IMG/VR virus record: IMGVR_UViG_2821032209_000001
Span: 484-64,483 of that record
DNA: 64,000 nt
Source: a virus
Lineage: Duplodnaviria > Caudoviricetes
Strand: one strand, 5' to 3'
Part shown: positions 8,497-17,780 of the stretch, piece after piece
Numbering within the stretch: position 1 is the first letter of the stretch
Layout: each line of letters starts with the position of its first letter
Notes under the pieces: generated by a model
What the model was told of the DNA's origin: nothing
The model's database searches: none
What the model saw: the letters and a program-made list of their open reading frames with translations, nothing else
Program-made: the position numbers and the translations under genes

Positions 8497-9294
8497 ATGG
8501 GCGAACGCGAGGTGCGGGTGAAAACCTGCACAGCATGCCGAGAGGTGAAGCCCATCATTGAATTCAACCGCAACAAAAGCCGCAAGGATGGGCGCAGCAG
8601 CATCTGTAAGGTTTGCAAGCGCAAAACCGACGCCGCGTATAGAGCTAAGAATCCCAATAAGAACAAAGAAGACTACGCAAAGCGGATCGCAGAAAACCCA
8701 AACTATTGGGCGGAATGGTACGCATCCAACCGAGAAGATGCACTGGCCAGAGTGTCCAAGTGGCAAAAAGAAAACCCAGAGAAGCGTAGGGAAATAAATA
8801 AGAAATTCCACGAAGACAATCCAGGTTACGGCAAAGAATGGGAGAGACGAAATCCAGATAAGGTGCTCGCAAAAAGGGCAAGGGCGTATGCCAAGAAGAA
8901 AAATTCGCCAGAGTGGAAAGTCGCGAATACCCTCAAGGTTGGAATATACAAAAGCCTGAAAGACCAGAAGGCCGGTCGGAAATGGGAATCTCTAGTTGGG
9001 TATACCGCCGATGAACTTATAGCTCATCTTGAGAAGTGTTTTCTGCCAGGAATGTCTTGGGGCAACTATGGCAACGATGGCTGGCACATAGACCACATTA
9101 TCCCGCGATCGGTCTTTAACTATCAAACGCCTGACGACATCGACTTCCAGAAATGCTGGGCTCTGTCCAATTTGAGGCCCTTGTGGGCAGCGGACAATAT
9201 CAGGAAGGGCGCAAAACTTGATGTGCCATTCCAGCCGTCGTTGGCGATACCAGCCAACGACAACACCAATCCTATGATGATAGGAAAAACCTAA
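8497..9294 (+). CDS. Free-standing HNH homing-type endonuclease
   Basis: N-terminal C-x2-C...C-x2-C; WHIDHIIP...NLRPLWAADN HNH core. Confidence 0.85.
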   Translation: MGEREVRVKTCTACREVKPIIEFNRNKSRKDGRSSICKVCKRKTDAAYRAKNPNKNKEDYAKRIAENPNYWAEWYASNREDALARVSKWQKENPEKRREINKKFHEDNPGYGKEWERRNPDKVLAKRARAYAKKKNSPEWKVANTLKVGIYKSLKDQKAGRKWESLVGYTADELIAHLEKCFLPGMSWGNYGNDGWHIDHIIPRSVFNYQTPDDIDFQKCWALSNLRPLWAADNIRKGAKLDVPFQPSLAIPANDNTNPMMIGKT

Positions 9295-9536
9295 TGGAAA
9301 AAGCTCTAGCTGGCCTCGTAGCAATCGCAGCCATCCTCTTCTTCGCACCGCTCATCGGCGTTCTCGGTGGCGCGTTCGTCGGCTGGGTTGTGGGCCTGTT
9401 CTTCGCAGAAACGATCCACGCCTTCCTTGCCGCCGTTGGCATCAACGCGGCAGGCCTTGCGATGTGGCAGATCGGCGCTTCGCTTGGTTTCATCGGCGGG
9501 TTCTTCCGCCCGGCTATTCATCGGGCGAAGGCATGA
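9294..9536 (+). CDS. Small membrane protein
   Basis: Gly-rich hydrophobic segments, 80 aa. Confidence 0.65.
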   Translation: MEKALAGLVAIAAILFFAPLIGVLGGAFVGWVVGLFFAETIHAFLAAVGINAAGLAMWQIGASLGFIGGFFRPAIHRAKA

Positions 9537-9754
9537 CCTGGCTATCGCCAAAGGACCGCGCTGCGAACATTCCGAAGCGCTTCAGCCATGTAAGGCTCAA
9601 GTCATGGGATGCGGCCTATATGGTCTGTCGCGTCGAGATAATCGACGGTATGCCATCACTATGGCTGTCCGACGCCGACAATATGCAGGACTGGCGATAT
9701 CCAGCCGACCTTGACTGGATCGTCGAACATGAGCCGCCACAGTCGGCTCACTGA
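9533..9754 (+). CDS. Hypothetical protein
   Basis: ATGA-coupled 73-aa ORF. Confidence 0.5.
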   Translation: MTWLSPKDRAANIPKRFSHVRLKSWDAAYMVCRVEIIDGMPSLWLSDADNMQDWRYPADLDWIVEHEPPQSAH

Positions 9755-9783
9755 ACCACACCAACAACACGAGGATTTTATAG

Positions 9784-10341
9784 ATGGCCAGACTTGGCTC
9801 AACATTTGACGCAACCAAACACGACACTACGCAGTCAGATTACTCGGAACTGCCGAACGGCGACTATGAGCTGGAAATCGAGGCCAGCGAAGTAGCGGCC
9901 ACGAAGGACGGTACGGGCACCATTCTGAAGACCACGATGGTCGTTATTCGCCCGGAAGAGTACGCGAAGCGCAAGCTCTTCAACAATTACAACCTCGAAA
10001 ACAAAAGCACTCAGGCGCAAGAGATCGGCCAGCGCCAGTTCGCTAGCCTTTGCCGGGCGATTGGTGTTTCGGAAGTCGAGGATTCCGAAGAACTGCACTT
10101 CAAAGCGTTCACGGCAAAGATTGGCCTGGGAAAGCCCTCAAAAGACGGCCAGTACCCGGCTAGAGCGGAAATCAAAAAGTACTACTTCCCCGACGAAGGC
10201 AACGTTCCCCAGCCTTCAATCGACGCCAACCAGCCGGTAGCGCAGGCCCGTCCGGCCAATGACAACCGACCGGCTGCGGCAAACAGCAACAAGCCTGCAC
10301 CGGCTGCTGCTGCGGCAGGCAAGAAGCGCCCCTGGGGTTAA
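9784..10341 (+). CDS. DUF669-family ssDNA-binding protein (Sak4 partner)
   Basis: LPNGDYELEI...RKLFNNYNL...LCRAIG; KKRPW tail typical of the family. Confidence 0.8.
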   Translation: MARLGSTFDATKHDTTQSDYSELPNGDYELEIEASEVAATKDGTGTILKTTMVVIRPEEYAKRKLFNNYNLENKSTQAQEIGQRQFASLCRAIGVSEVEDSEELHFKAFTAKIGLGKPSKDGQYPARAEIKKYYFPDEGNVPQPSIDANQPVAQARPANDNRPAAANSNKPAPAAAAAGKKRPWG

Positions 10342-10415
10342 GCCACACCAACCCGCTACTGGCGCGAAAGCGCCGGTAGCAACCACCTTACCGATCCGAA
10401 CACGAGGAGATACGC

Positions 10416-11261
10416 ATGGCTTATGAAGCGGAGCGCAGACAGATCGATGCCGCGCTGCCAATACGCTTTGACGGCGCGTTTGTAGCTGGCGGCGCTGTGA
10501 CGAGCGTTTTCACCGGGGCGAAGATCAATGACGTTGATCTTTACTTCAAATCACGCCGGGCGTTTGAGCGCGCTGTTTATGACGCATATGAGGAAGGCCT
10601 ATGGTGCGTCGCTGCTAGCAAGCGGGCCGTGACGTTTGCCGACCAAAGCAACAATATCGCCCAGTTGATGTATTTCGACTTCTTTCCGACTGCCGAAGAT
10701 ATCTTCAAGGCATTCGATTTCACCGTCTGCATGGGCGCAGTGGACTTGGACACGGGCCAGCGATCCGAATGGAAGGGAGCAGAATTCGTCACCGTCGGCG
10801 AAAAGCATCCCGACTCCGGCTTTGTTTTTCATCCAGACTTTCTGAAACACAACAGCCAGCGGTTCCTGAAATTCAACACTGGAACGCGATATCCGCTGGC
10901 TTCATCAACACGCGTTCTGAAATACCAGCAGCGCGGTTACACGATCGGCAAAGGCGATATGATGAAGATCGCGCTGGCTGTTCGTGGCGTGAAAATCGAC
11001 ACATGGGACGATCTGAAAGACCAGATTGGCGGCTCTTACGGCGACAAGGTTGTTCTCGGCAACGAGGACAAGCCGTTCTCCATCGAGGCGGCGATTGATG
11101 CCCTTACTGTCGACGACGCCGAAAGCGAGCCATGGGTGCAGCCTGCGAATGACAATATGCCGGGCACTGCAGAAGCGTTGCTAGCGCATATCGCAAACCT
11201 CAACGGCGTCGAATTCGTCCTGCCTGAACTCGACGAGGACGGCTGGCCTTTGGCCGCCTGA
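10416..11261 (+). CDS. Nucleotidyltransferase (Pol-beta superfamily, poly(A)-polymerase/CCA head-like)
   Basis: VAGGAVTS...NDVDLYF (GG-x-DxD), FDFTVC, RVLKYQQRGY. Confidence 0.7.
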   Translation: MAYEAERRQIDAALPIRFDGAFVAGGAVTSVFTGAKINDVDLYFKSRRAFERAVYDAYEEGLWCVAASKRAVTFADQSNNIAQLMYFDFFPTAEDIFKAFDFTVCMGAVDLDTGQRSEWKGAEFVTVGEKHPDSGFVFHPDFLKHNSQRFLKFNTGTRYPLASSTRVLKYQQRGYTIGKGDMMKIALAVRGVKIDTWDDLKDQIGGSYGDKVVLGNEDKPFSIEAAIDALTVDDAESEPWVQPANDNMPGTAEALLAHIANLNGVEFVLPELDEDGWPLAA

Positions 11262-11271
11262 GGAGGAAAAC

Positions 11272-11477
11272 ATGACGATACCCAAGCTGACGAAAGAGCA
11301 AGCCGCCATCATCGGCGCCTATACAGGAATCGCAGCAGGTCCATTTAGTGACATTCATGGATATGCAGAGAAGGTTCTGGCCGTCCTGTATGGACACATG
11401 AATTTGCCGACAAGAGGCTTTCCGAGAAGTTACGCACCGCTGCCAAGGACGACTTCCTGTCTATCTGCGCCGCCTAA
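11272..11477 (+). pseudogene. Small phage gene with an apparent 1-nt frameshift near 11378
   Basis: MTIPKLTKEQAAIIGAYTG...AEKVL continues in another frame as GRPVWTHEFADK...DDFLSICAA*, stopping just before the hairpin/RBS module of the next gene. Confidence 0.55.
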
Positions 11478-11535
11478 ACCCAACAGGCGCGGCTACCAAC
11501 CGCGCCTTCTACCACCAAACACGAGGAGACTTAGA

Positions 11536-11916
11536 ATGGGACAGTCAACCGACGCAATTCTTGTTTTTGGCATTCAGCTGAAAGAAGAGGACCAAACACC
11601 AGAATTTTTGGGCGATTTTGACGACTTTGACGAGTACGTTGACAATCTGAACGGCCTTTCAGGCGCCGATTATAAGGTTCGAAAAGACGCCCGCGAATCC
11701 TGCCCCGCGGATATGACGATGCACTGTTCGCTCGACTATACCATGTACGTTTTGTCCGTTCGGGGCACTGAAACTGTCGCATCTCGCGGATACCCAAAAG
11801 AAATTAAAACTCTGGATGTTTCAGCCACACAGATTGAGGCGTTCAAGGAATGGTGCGCGGCGCGCGGCATTGAGAGCGCGGAGCCTAAATGGCTGCTTTG
11901 CAGCATGTGGGCTTAA
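11536..11916 (+). CDS. Hypothetical phage protein (MGQSTDAILVFGI...)
   Basis: ATG after ACACGAGGAG. Confidence 0.7.
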   Translation: MGQSTDAILVFGIQLKEEDQTPEFLGDFDDFDEYVDNLNGLSGADYKVRKDARESCPADMTMHCSLDYTMYVLSVRGTETVASRGYPKEIKTLDVSATQIEAFKEWCAARGIESAEPKWLLCSMWA

Positions 11917-11958
11917 CGGCGGGCGAAAACCAACCATCCTTCACACGAGGAGACTTTG

Positions 11959-12996
11959 ATGAGAGTCAGCATTGACCGCTCACAGCTCGCGCACGCCTTG
12001 GCGACCGTCACGCGCGCCATCGAAAACCGCAACACGATTCCTATTCTCGCCAACGTGCTCTTGGCTGTTGAGGACGGCCAGTTGCGCCTCACCGGCACCG
12101 ATCTGGACGTGGAGATTACGACCAGTCTGCCGGTGCTCGACTGCCAGCCGGGCAGCGTTACCGTTCCCGGCAAGATGCTTGCGGACATCGCAAAGCGCGC
12201 GACGGGCGACATATCGCTTGCCTTAGATGGAGGTCGCCTTACGGTCGCATCTGGTCGCAGCCAGTATAAGCTCGACGTTTTGCCCGCTCAAGACTTTCCG
12301 TCCTTCAGTGCAGGGAAGTTCGACACGACGCTTGAGCTCGATCTGGCCGCGCTTGTTGCGCCGTGTGTGCACGCAATCTCCACGGAAGAAGCCCGTTATT
12401 ACCTCAATGGCGTCTATCTGCATGCCGTCGACGACCGATTGGTTGCTGTAGCAACAGACGGGCACCGGCTTATGCGAAATGTCGGCCCTGCCGGTGATTT
12501 GGACTACGGCGCTATACTGCCGCGCAAGCTCGTGGGTTTACTGCCGAAAGGTGCTGTTACGGTCGAACTGTCCCAAAACAAGGTGCGCGTCACGTCTGGC
12601 TCGACGGTTATCACTTCCAAGCTGATCGACGGCACGTTTCCTGATTATGTGCGTGTCATTCCAGCCGGTAATAGCAACGTGCTTGCCGTCGATCGGCAGG
12701 CGCTCATGAAGGCGGTCGAGCGTGTCGCCGCGGTTGCGGACGACAAATCTCGCGCCGTAAAATTCGCAGTCGGCGATGTGCTCCGACTGATGCTGGCTGA
12801 CAAGGCCAGCGATGAGGTTTCGATTGAGTTCGAAGGCGAGCCTTTGGAAATCGGCTTTAACGCCCGGTACGTCAACGACATGCTTGGCGCGTTGGATGAA
12901 GCAAACGTGCGCTTTGCTCTCGGCGATGCAGGCTCGCCTGCCGTCGTCAAGGGCGAGGGCGAGTGGACGGGCGTGCTTATGCCGATGAGGGTGTAG
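11959..12996 (+). CDS. dnaN: DNA polymerase III beta sliding clamp homologue
   Basis: RNTIPILANVLL, LTGTDLD, ARYYLNGVY, VATDGHRL, KLIDGTFPDY, IGFNARY, VLMPMRV. Confidence 0.93.
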   Translation: MRVSIDRSQLAHALATVTRAIENRNTIPILANVLLAVEDGQLRLTGTDLDVEITTSLPVLDCQPGSVTVPGKMLADIAKRATGDISLALDGGRLTVASGRSQYKLDVLPAQDFPSFSAGKFDTTLELDLAALVAPCVHAISTEEARYYLNGVYLHAVDDRLVAVATDGHRLMRNVGPAGDLDYGAILPRKLVGLLPKGAVTVELSQNKVRVTSGSTVITSKLIDGTFPDYVRVIPAGNSNVLAVDRQALMKAVERVAAVADDKSRAVKFAVGDVLRLMLADKASDEVSIEFEGEPLEIGFNARYVNDMLGALDEANVRFALGDAGSPAVVKGEGEWTGVLMPMRV

Positions 12997-12999
12997 GGG

Positions 13000-13188
13000 A
13001 TGGCGCCAACCAAAAAACGGCTCGATGAACCCGCAATCTTCAACGCCGTTGAATATGCGCTGCGCCATGAAGGCGTTACCGAAATCGCGTTTTCAGAAGA
13101 TGGCGAATACGAAGTCGAAATCCACGAGGCATCCAGCTTGATGCCATTCGTCAGATGCCTGTTGCGCGAGTTGGAGGTGATTTCCTAA
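13000..13188 (+). CDS. Hypothetical protein
   Basis: 62-aa ORF within the operon. Confidence 0.5.
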   Translation: MAPTKKRLDEPAIFNAVEYALRHEGVTEIAFSEDGEYEVEIHEASSLMPFVRCLLRELEVIS

Positions 13189-13466
13189 TGGCCCGTTTCA
13201 TTATCAACTACACCTTCCACGGTCGCAGTAGCAAAACAATCGAAGCTTCCTCGAAAGAGGAAGCAGAAGAATTGACGTGGGCCGAAGTCGAACGTGACGA
13301 TTTTGAAATCGACGCCGACGAAATTGACGATGTCGATTTCACTGTTTCTGAGATGCATCCGGTTACGCGTGACGGCCGTGAAATTTGGACCACCTACGTT
13401 CGTGACGGAGACCAACGCGGCCATCCTTCGGCGTTGGCCTCGTCTCCACTATTCGGGGGTGCATAA
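13188..13466 (+). CDS. Hypothetical acidic protein
   Basis: GGAGG RBS; TAATG coupling on both sides. Confidence 0.6.
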   Translation: MARFIINYTFHGRSSKTIEASSKEEAEELTWAEVERDDFEIDADEIDDVDFTVSEMHPVTRDGREIWTTYVRDGDQRGHPSALASSPLFGGA

Positions 13467-14401
13467 TGGCACCCCTCCCAAAAGCCGAATCCAGCACGGT
13501 CCGTGCCATTTATCAAGCTTACGAGGCCCAGGCTAAGTCCTGGGACTCGTGGGGCATCAGCGTGGGCGAGGCGGGCACCGAATGTGACAGAGCCTTGTGG
13601 TACGGCTTCCGCTGGGTATCAGCGCACGAGGTTCATTCGGGTCGCCAGCTTCGGCTGTTCGCCACCGGCAATATCGAGGAAGATCGCTTGGTCGCCGACC
13701 TCGAACGCATCGGCGTCGACGTATACGGGCAGCAGGACAAAATCAGGCTGATATCGGGGTTCGTTCGCGGCAAGTGCGACGGCAAAGCCATGGGCGTGCC
13801 AGAAGCCCCGAAAACCGAACACCTGCTGGAATTTAAGTCGAGCAACGAGAAGGGTATCAAGGAACTACAGAAGCACGGCTGCCAGAAGGCAAAGCCATTG
13901 CACTACGCCCAGTGCCAGCTCGGGATGCAGGCTTTCGGCCTGACTCGCTGCCTGTATCTGGCTTCGTGCAAGAACACCGACACGCTTTATGCAGAGCGCA
14001 TCGAATACGACGTTGAATTCTGCCTTCGACTGCTGGCACGCTGCGAACGCATCGTGTTTTCGGATGAGCCGCCCAGCCGGATTAGCGAAGATCCGGAGTT
14101 CTTCGGCTGCATGTTCTGCAAGCACAGAGGTGTTTGCCACGAAGGTGTGCAACCGCGCGTCAACTGCCGCACCTGCCTTCACGTCCAGCCTGAACATGGC
14201 GGTGATTGCCATATGTCATGCGCACGCTGGAACAAGCCATTGTCGATCGACGAGCAGCGCGACGGTTGCCCGGCTCACCTCTATCTTCCGGGGCTGATAA
14301 ATGGCGAGCAGATCGATGCTGACGAGGTTGCGGAGACGGTTACGTACAGACTGGCGACGGGTGAGATTTGGGTAGATGGGGTGAGGGGAGAGGTGGCTTG
14401 A
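13466..14401 (+). CDS. Cas4-like PD-(D/E)XK exonuclease
   Basis: ECDRALWY, GKCDG, LLEFKS, HYAQCQ, C-x2-C-x4-C cluster. Confidence 0.8.
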   Translation: MAPLPKAESSTVRAIYQAYEAQAKSWDSWGISVGEAGTECDRALWYGFRWVSAHEVHSGRQLRLFATGNIEEDRLVADLERIGVDVYGQQDKIRLISGFVRGKCDGKAMGVPEAPKTEHLLEFKSSNEKGIKELQKHGCQKAKPLHYAQCQLGMQAFGLTRCLYLASCKNTDTLYAERIEYDVEFCLRLLARCERIVFSDEPPSRISEDPEFFGCMFCKHRGVCHEGVQPRVNCRTCLHVQPEHGGDCHMSCARWNKPLSIDEQRDGCPAHLYLPGLINGEQIDADEVAETVTYRLATGEIWVDGVRGEVA

Positions 14402-14634
14402 TCTGGCAAGGTGAAACCGAAGCGCAATGGCGCGAACGTACGATGCAGTGGCATCGCAAATTCTGTCTTTTCCCCACGCAGACTGATGACGGCAGGTGGG
14501 TTTGGTTGGAGCATGTATGGCGACGACGCCAGCCAACTTACTTCAACGGCGAATACTACTGGGTTTTCCATGTTGGCGTGTTGCCACCTGAGGAACCAGA
14601 ATTTTGCACAACGCCGCCACCACCAAGAAAATAG
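14398..14634 (+). CDS. Small Trp-rich hypothetical protein
   Basis: WHRKFCLFPTQTDDGRWVWLEHVWRR motif; coupled to the upstream stop. Confidence 0.5.
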   Translation: MIWQGETEAQWRERTMQWHRKFCLFPTQTDDGRWVWLEHVWRRRQPTYFNGEYYWVFHVGVLPPEEPEFCTTPPPPRK

Positions 14635-14648
14635 TAAGGACGGAAGCA

Positions 14649-16373
14649 GTGCTTCAACTCAGAGATTATCAACGCGCCGCGGTTGACGGCCTGTATGACT
14701 ACTGGCGCGAACAACCCGGCTCGCCTCTTATCGTGCTTCCGACGGGCGGCGGCAAGAGCCTCGTGCTGGGTACGATTTGCAAGGAGCTGATCGAAGGCTG
14801 GCCCGACATGCGCGTGCTTGTCGTGACGCATGTACGCGAGCTGATCCTGTCGAATTACCAGGAGCTTTTGAACATCTGGCCTTTCGCTCCGGCGGGAATA
14901 TTTTCGGCAGGGGTAGGACGGCGGGATGCGAAGGCGCAGATCGTTTTCGGAGGTGTACAGACGATAGCAAACAAGGCGGAGCAGATCGGCCATATCGACG
15001 TTGTCTTGGTCGATGAGGCACACCTAATGCCACGCAATTCGGAAACGCAGTACGGCAAGCTGATTGAAGGCCTGCGCGCCATCAACCCTGACCTAAAGCT
15101 GGTCGGCCTCACAGCCACGCCTTATCGCTTAGGCGAGGGGCTTTTGACGGAAGGTGACGGCGCGCTTTTCGACGCCATCTGCTTTGAAAAGCCGATTGGC
15201 GAGATGATCGAGGAGGGGTATCTCTGCCGTCCTATTTCAAAAGGCATGGCAACCGCCTTCGACCTGTCGGGCGTCGGTAAACAGGGCGGCGACTACAAGC
15301 AGAACGCGCTACAGGCGGCCATCGACAAGGACGAAATCACCGCTTCCGTGGTCGACGAGATCGTCACATACGGCACCGCATCGGGCGCTGAGCGTAAGGC
15401 TTGGCTGTGCTTTTGCAGCGGCGTTGAACATGCCCGGCATATGCGGGACGAAATTCGCAGCCGGGGATTTAGTTGCGAAACCGTGACCGGCGACACTCCA
15501 ACCGGCGAGCGCGACCGAATTCTTGCTGACTTCAAGGCTGGCAAGATCCGCGCACTGACGAACAATTCAGTGCTGACGACGGGAACAAACCTGCCGATCA
15601 TCGATCTGGTCGCGTTTTGTCGCCCGACCTTATCAGCGGGCCTTTATGTCCAGATGGCGGGGCGTGGCTTGCGGCTTTATCCGGGCAAGGAGAACTGCCT
15701 CTTTCTGGACTTTGCTGGCGTTGTTCGTAAGCACGGTCCTATCGATGCTGTCACGCCGCCCGGGATGAGGAAAGGTGACGGGGAAGCGCCCGTGAAGCAA
15801 TGTCCGCAAGATCCTGACGATCGTGGTCTAGTGGGCTGCGGCTCGCTAATCCATGCGTCGCTGCACACATGCCCGGATTGCGGATACGAATTCCCGGTCG
15901 ATGAAACGCCGAAGATATCTGCGCAGGCCGAAGACGTGCCGATGTTGTCGAAAGACAACGCCAGCACTCACCAGGTGGAACGGCGTACCTTCGCATACCA
16001 CGAAGGAAAGGGCGGGAAGCAGGACAGCGTGAAGGTGTCTTACTGGGTTGGTATGTCGCCAATCAACGAATGGCTCGGCCCAGCCCATACCGGCTTCTTT
16101 AAGTCGAAGTCTGACAGGTGGTGGCGAAGGCATGGCGGAGAAGCGCCGTTCCCGAAAACTGTGCTCGAATTCATGGAGCGCCAGAACGAATTGCTGCCCA
16201 CGGGTGAAATCGTCGTGAAGCCCAACGGCAAATACTGGGAAGTGGTCGACGCTATTGCGGGCGCTGCGAATGACAATGTGCCCGAGGCTGGCAATGATAA
16301 TGAGCCGGCGGAGAATTATGGGCGGATATCGGCCGGGCTGGCTGAAATTCTAGATGACGATATTCCGTTTTAA
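14649..16373 (+). CDS. SF2 DEAD/DEAH helicase (RadD/YejH-like) with a Zn ribbon
   Basis: LRDYQ, PTGGGKS, DEAH, LTATP, QMAGRGLR, CPDCG; ends DDDIPF. Confidence 0.92.
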   Translation: MLQLRDYQRAAVDGLYDYWREQPGSPLIVLPTGGGKSLVLGTICKELIEGWPDMRVLVVTHVRELILSNYQELLNIWPFAPAGIFSAGVGRRDAKAQIVFGGVQTIANKAEQIGHIDVVLVDEAHLMPRNSETQYGKLIEGLRAINPDLKLVGLTATPYRLGEGLLTEGDGALFDAICFEKPIGEMIEEGYLCRPISKGMATAFDLSGVGKQGGDYKQNALQAAIDKDEITASVVDEIVTYGTASGAERKAWLCFCSGVEHARHMRDEIRSRGFSCETVTGDTPTGERDRILADFKAGKIRALTNNSVLTTGTNLPIIDLVAFCRPTLSAGLYVQMAGRGLRLYPGKENCLFLDFAGVVRKHGPIDAVTPPGMRKGDGEAPVKQCPQDPDDRGLVGCGSLIHASLHTCPDCGYEFPVDETPKISAQAEDVPMLSKDNASTHQVERRTFAYHEGKGGKQDSVKVSYWVGMSPINEWLGPAHTGFFKSKSDRWWRRHGGEAPFPKTVLEFMERQNELLPTGEIVVKPNGKYWEVVDAIAGAANDNVPEAGNDNEPAENYGRISAGLAEILDDDIPF

Positions 16374-16384
16374 GGGGAGGGAAG

Positions 16385-16588
16385 ATGAGTAGTTCACATC
16401 TGGTAGTAGTCGCCAGAAACCATCGGACTGGCGAAATACAATTACCTCTAGAAGATTTGACGCTTTATGGCGTCGAACCTGTCAAAGAAGATGAATTGGT
16501 GCGGGGTATTGCCAAACAATATGACGAAGACTGGGGCATCACTTTGTACGGGCAGGTCGGCCCTAATTATTCTGGCAGTAAAACGTAG
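16385..16588 (+). CDS. Hypothetical protein
   Basis: GGAGG RBS; 67 aa. Confidence 0.5.
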   Translation: MSSSHLVVVARNHRTGEIQLPLEDLTLYGVEPVKEDELVRGIAKQYDEDWGITLYGQVGPNYSGSKT

Positions 16589-16670
16589 AGCCATTAACGG
16601 GATGCGCCGCGAGGCGTGTTAGAGTGAATACTGGACTAACCAACCTACCACCAAAACACGAGGAGCAACA

Positions 16671-17411
16671 ATGACGGAGAATTACGACCCGTATAACCCG
16701 GCGCCTATTGGTCACAATAGACCTCCGCTTTCTGCGTACGAGACCGTCAAGCAGGAAATCGAAGAACTGTTCGATGAGGCAAAGAATTTCGCGGACGGCG
16801 AAGCGATCGCCAACCAGGCAATTGCCGATGCGATCACCGAACTGCACGACAAGCTTCATGAGGCCGGGAAGCGTGCGGACGATGCTCGCAAGGATGAAGC
16901 GAAGCCGCATGACGATGCGAAGGCGGAGATACAGGACCGTTACAACAAGCTGATCGGCAATACGAAATCGGTCAAAGGCAAGGTCGTTCTCGGCAAGGAG
17001 ACGCTGCAAACCTTACTGACCCCGTGGCGCAATAAGCTTGTTGCTGAGAAAGAAGCTGCCGCACGTGCTGCTCGTGAAGAGGCAGATCGCATTGCGCGGG
17101 AAGCACAGGAAGCCATGCGAGCCAGCGCAGGCAATCTCGAAGAGCGTGAGAAAGCCGAAGAACTGCTTACCGAGGCGAAGAAAGCCGACCGTTGGGCTAA
17201 GCGCGAAGATCGATCAGCAACCACGGGCACGGGTCTGCGCACGATCTGGCGCTGCACGCTGGAAGATGAAGGCAAGGCGCTGGATTGGGCATATGGCCGA
17301 GCGCCGGAGCGATTCAAGGAACTGGTGCAGTCGATGGCCGAGGAAACCGTGCGCGCCGGGATGCGTCAGGTGCCGGGGTTCAGGGTCTGGGATGAGAGAG
17401 TGGCGAGGTGA
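16671..17411 (+). CDS. Conserved coiled-coil phage protein
   Basis: IGHNRPP N-terminus, VPGFRVW C-terminus; ACACGAGGAG RBS. Confidence 0.75.
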   Translation: MTENYDPYNPAPIGHNRPPLSAYETVKQEIEELFDEAKNFADGEAIANQAIADAITELHDKLHEAGKRADDARKDEAKPHDDAKAEIQDRYNKLIGNTKSVKGKVVLGKETLQTLLTPWRNKLVAEKEAAARAAREEADRIAREAQEAMRASAGNLEEREKAEELLTEAKKADRWAKREDRSATTGTGLRTIWRCTLEDEGKALDWAYGRAPERFKELVQSMAEETVRAGMRQVPGFRVWDERVAR

Positions 17412-17487
17412 GCGTCAACGTAGCCGCTTGATGGTGAAATAACTTATCGGTACCTTTGAAGCGCGTTGCTGAATGAAGGAATAAGTC

Positions 17488-17721
17488 GTGCGCAAGATAG
17501 AGATATATTCTAAATCCGGTGGCAATTCAGGGCAGTATGTGGATCGCTGGTATCTCGTTCACGCTGACGATGGCACTTATCAAGTTGAATACCACTGGGT
17601 TAACAAAATGGGTCAGGGCCGGAAAGATGTAGAAGGCTCAAACCTATATTCCTTGGAAGAAGCATATATTAGGGCGCCACAGGAAGCGATTGAAGTAATC
17701 AAGAGAGAACTGAACCTCTAA
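17488..17721 (+). CDS. Hypothetical lower-GC moron protein
   Basis: AAGGA RBS; GTG start; 77 aa. Confidence 0.55.
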   Translation: MRKIEIYSKSGGNSGQYVDRWYLVHADDGTYQVEYHWVNKMGQGRKDVEGSNLYSLEEAYIRAPQEAIEVIKRELNL

Positions 17722-17780
17722 GGCTACACCCCGCCAGCCACCAACTGGCGGGTTACCACCACGAAACACGAGGAGATGAC

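Noticed and set aside
13466-14401. Cas4-like gene as evidence of a CRISPR-Cas system
   Set aside because: No repeat-spacer array or other cas genes seen; the context (Sak4, SSB, helicase) marks it as a phage recombination exonuclease
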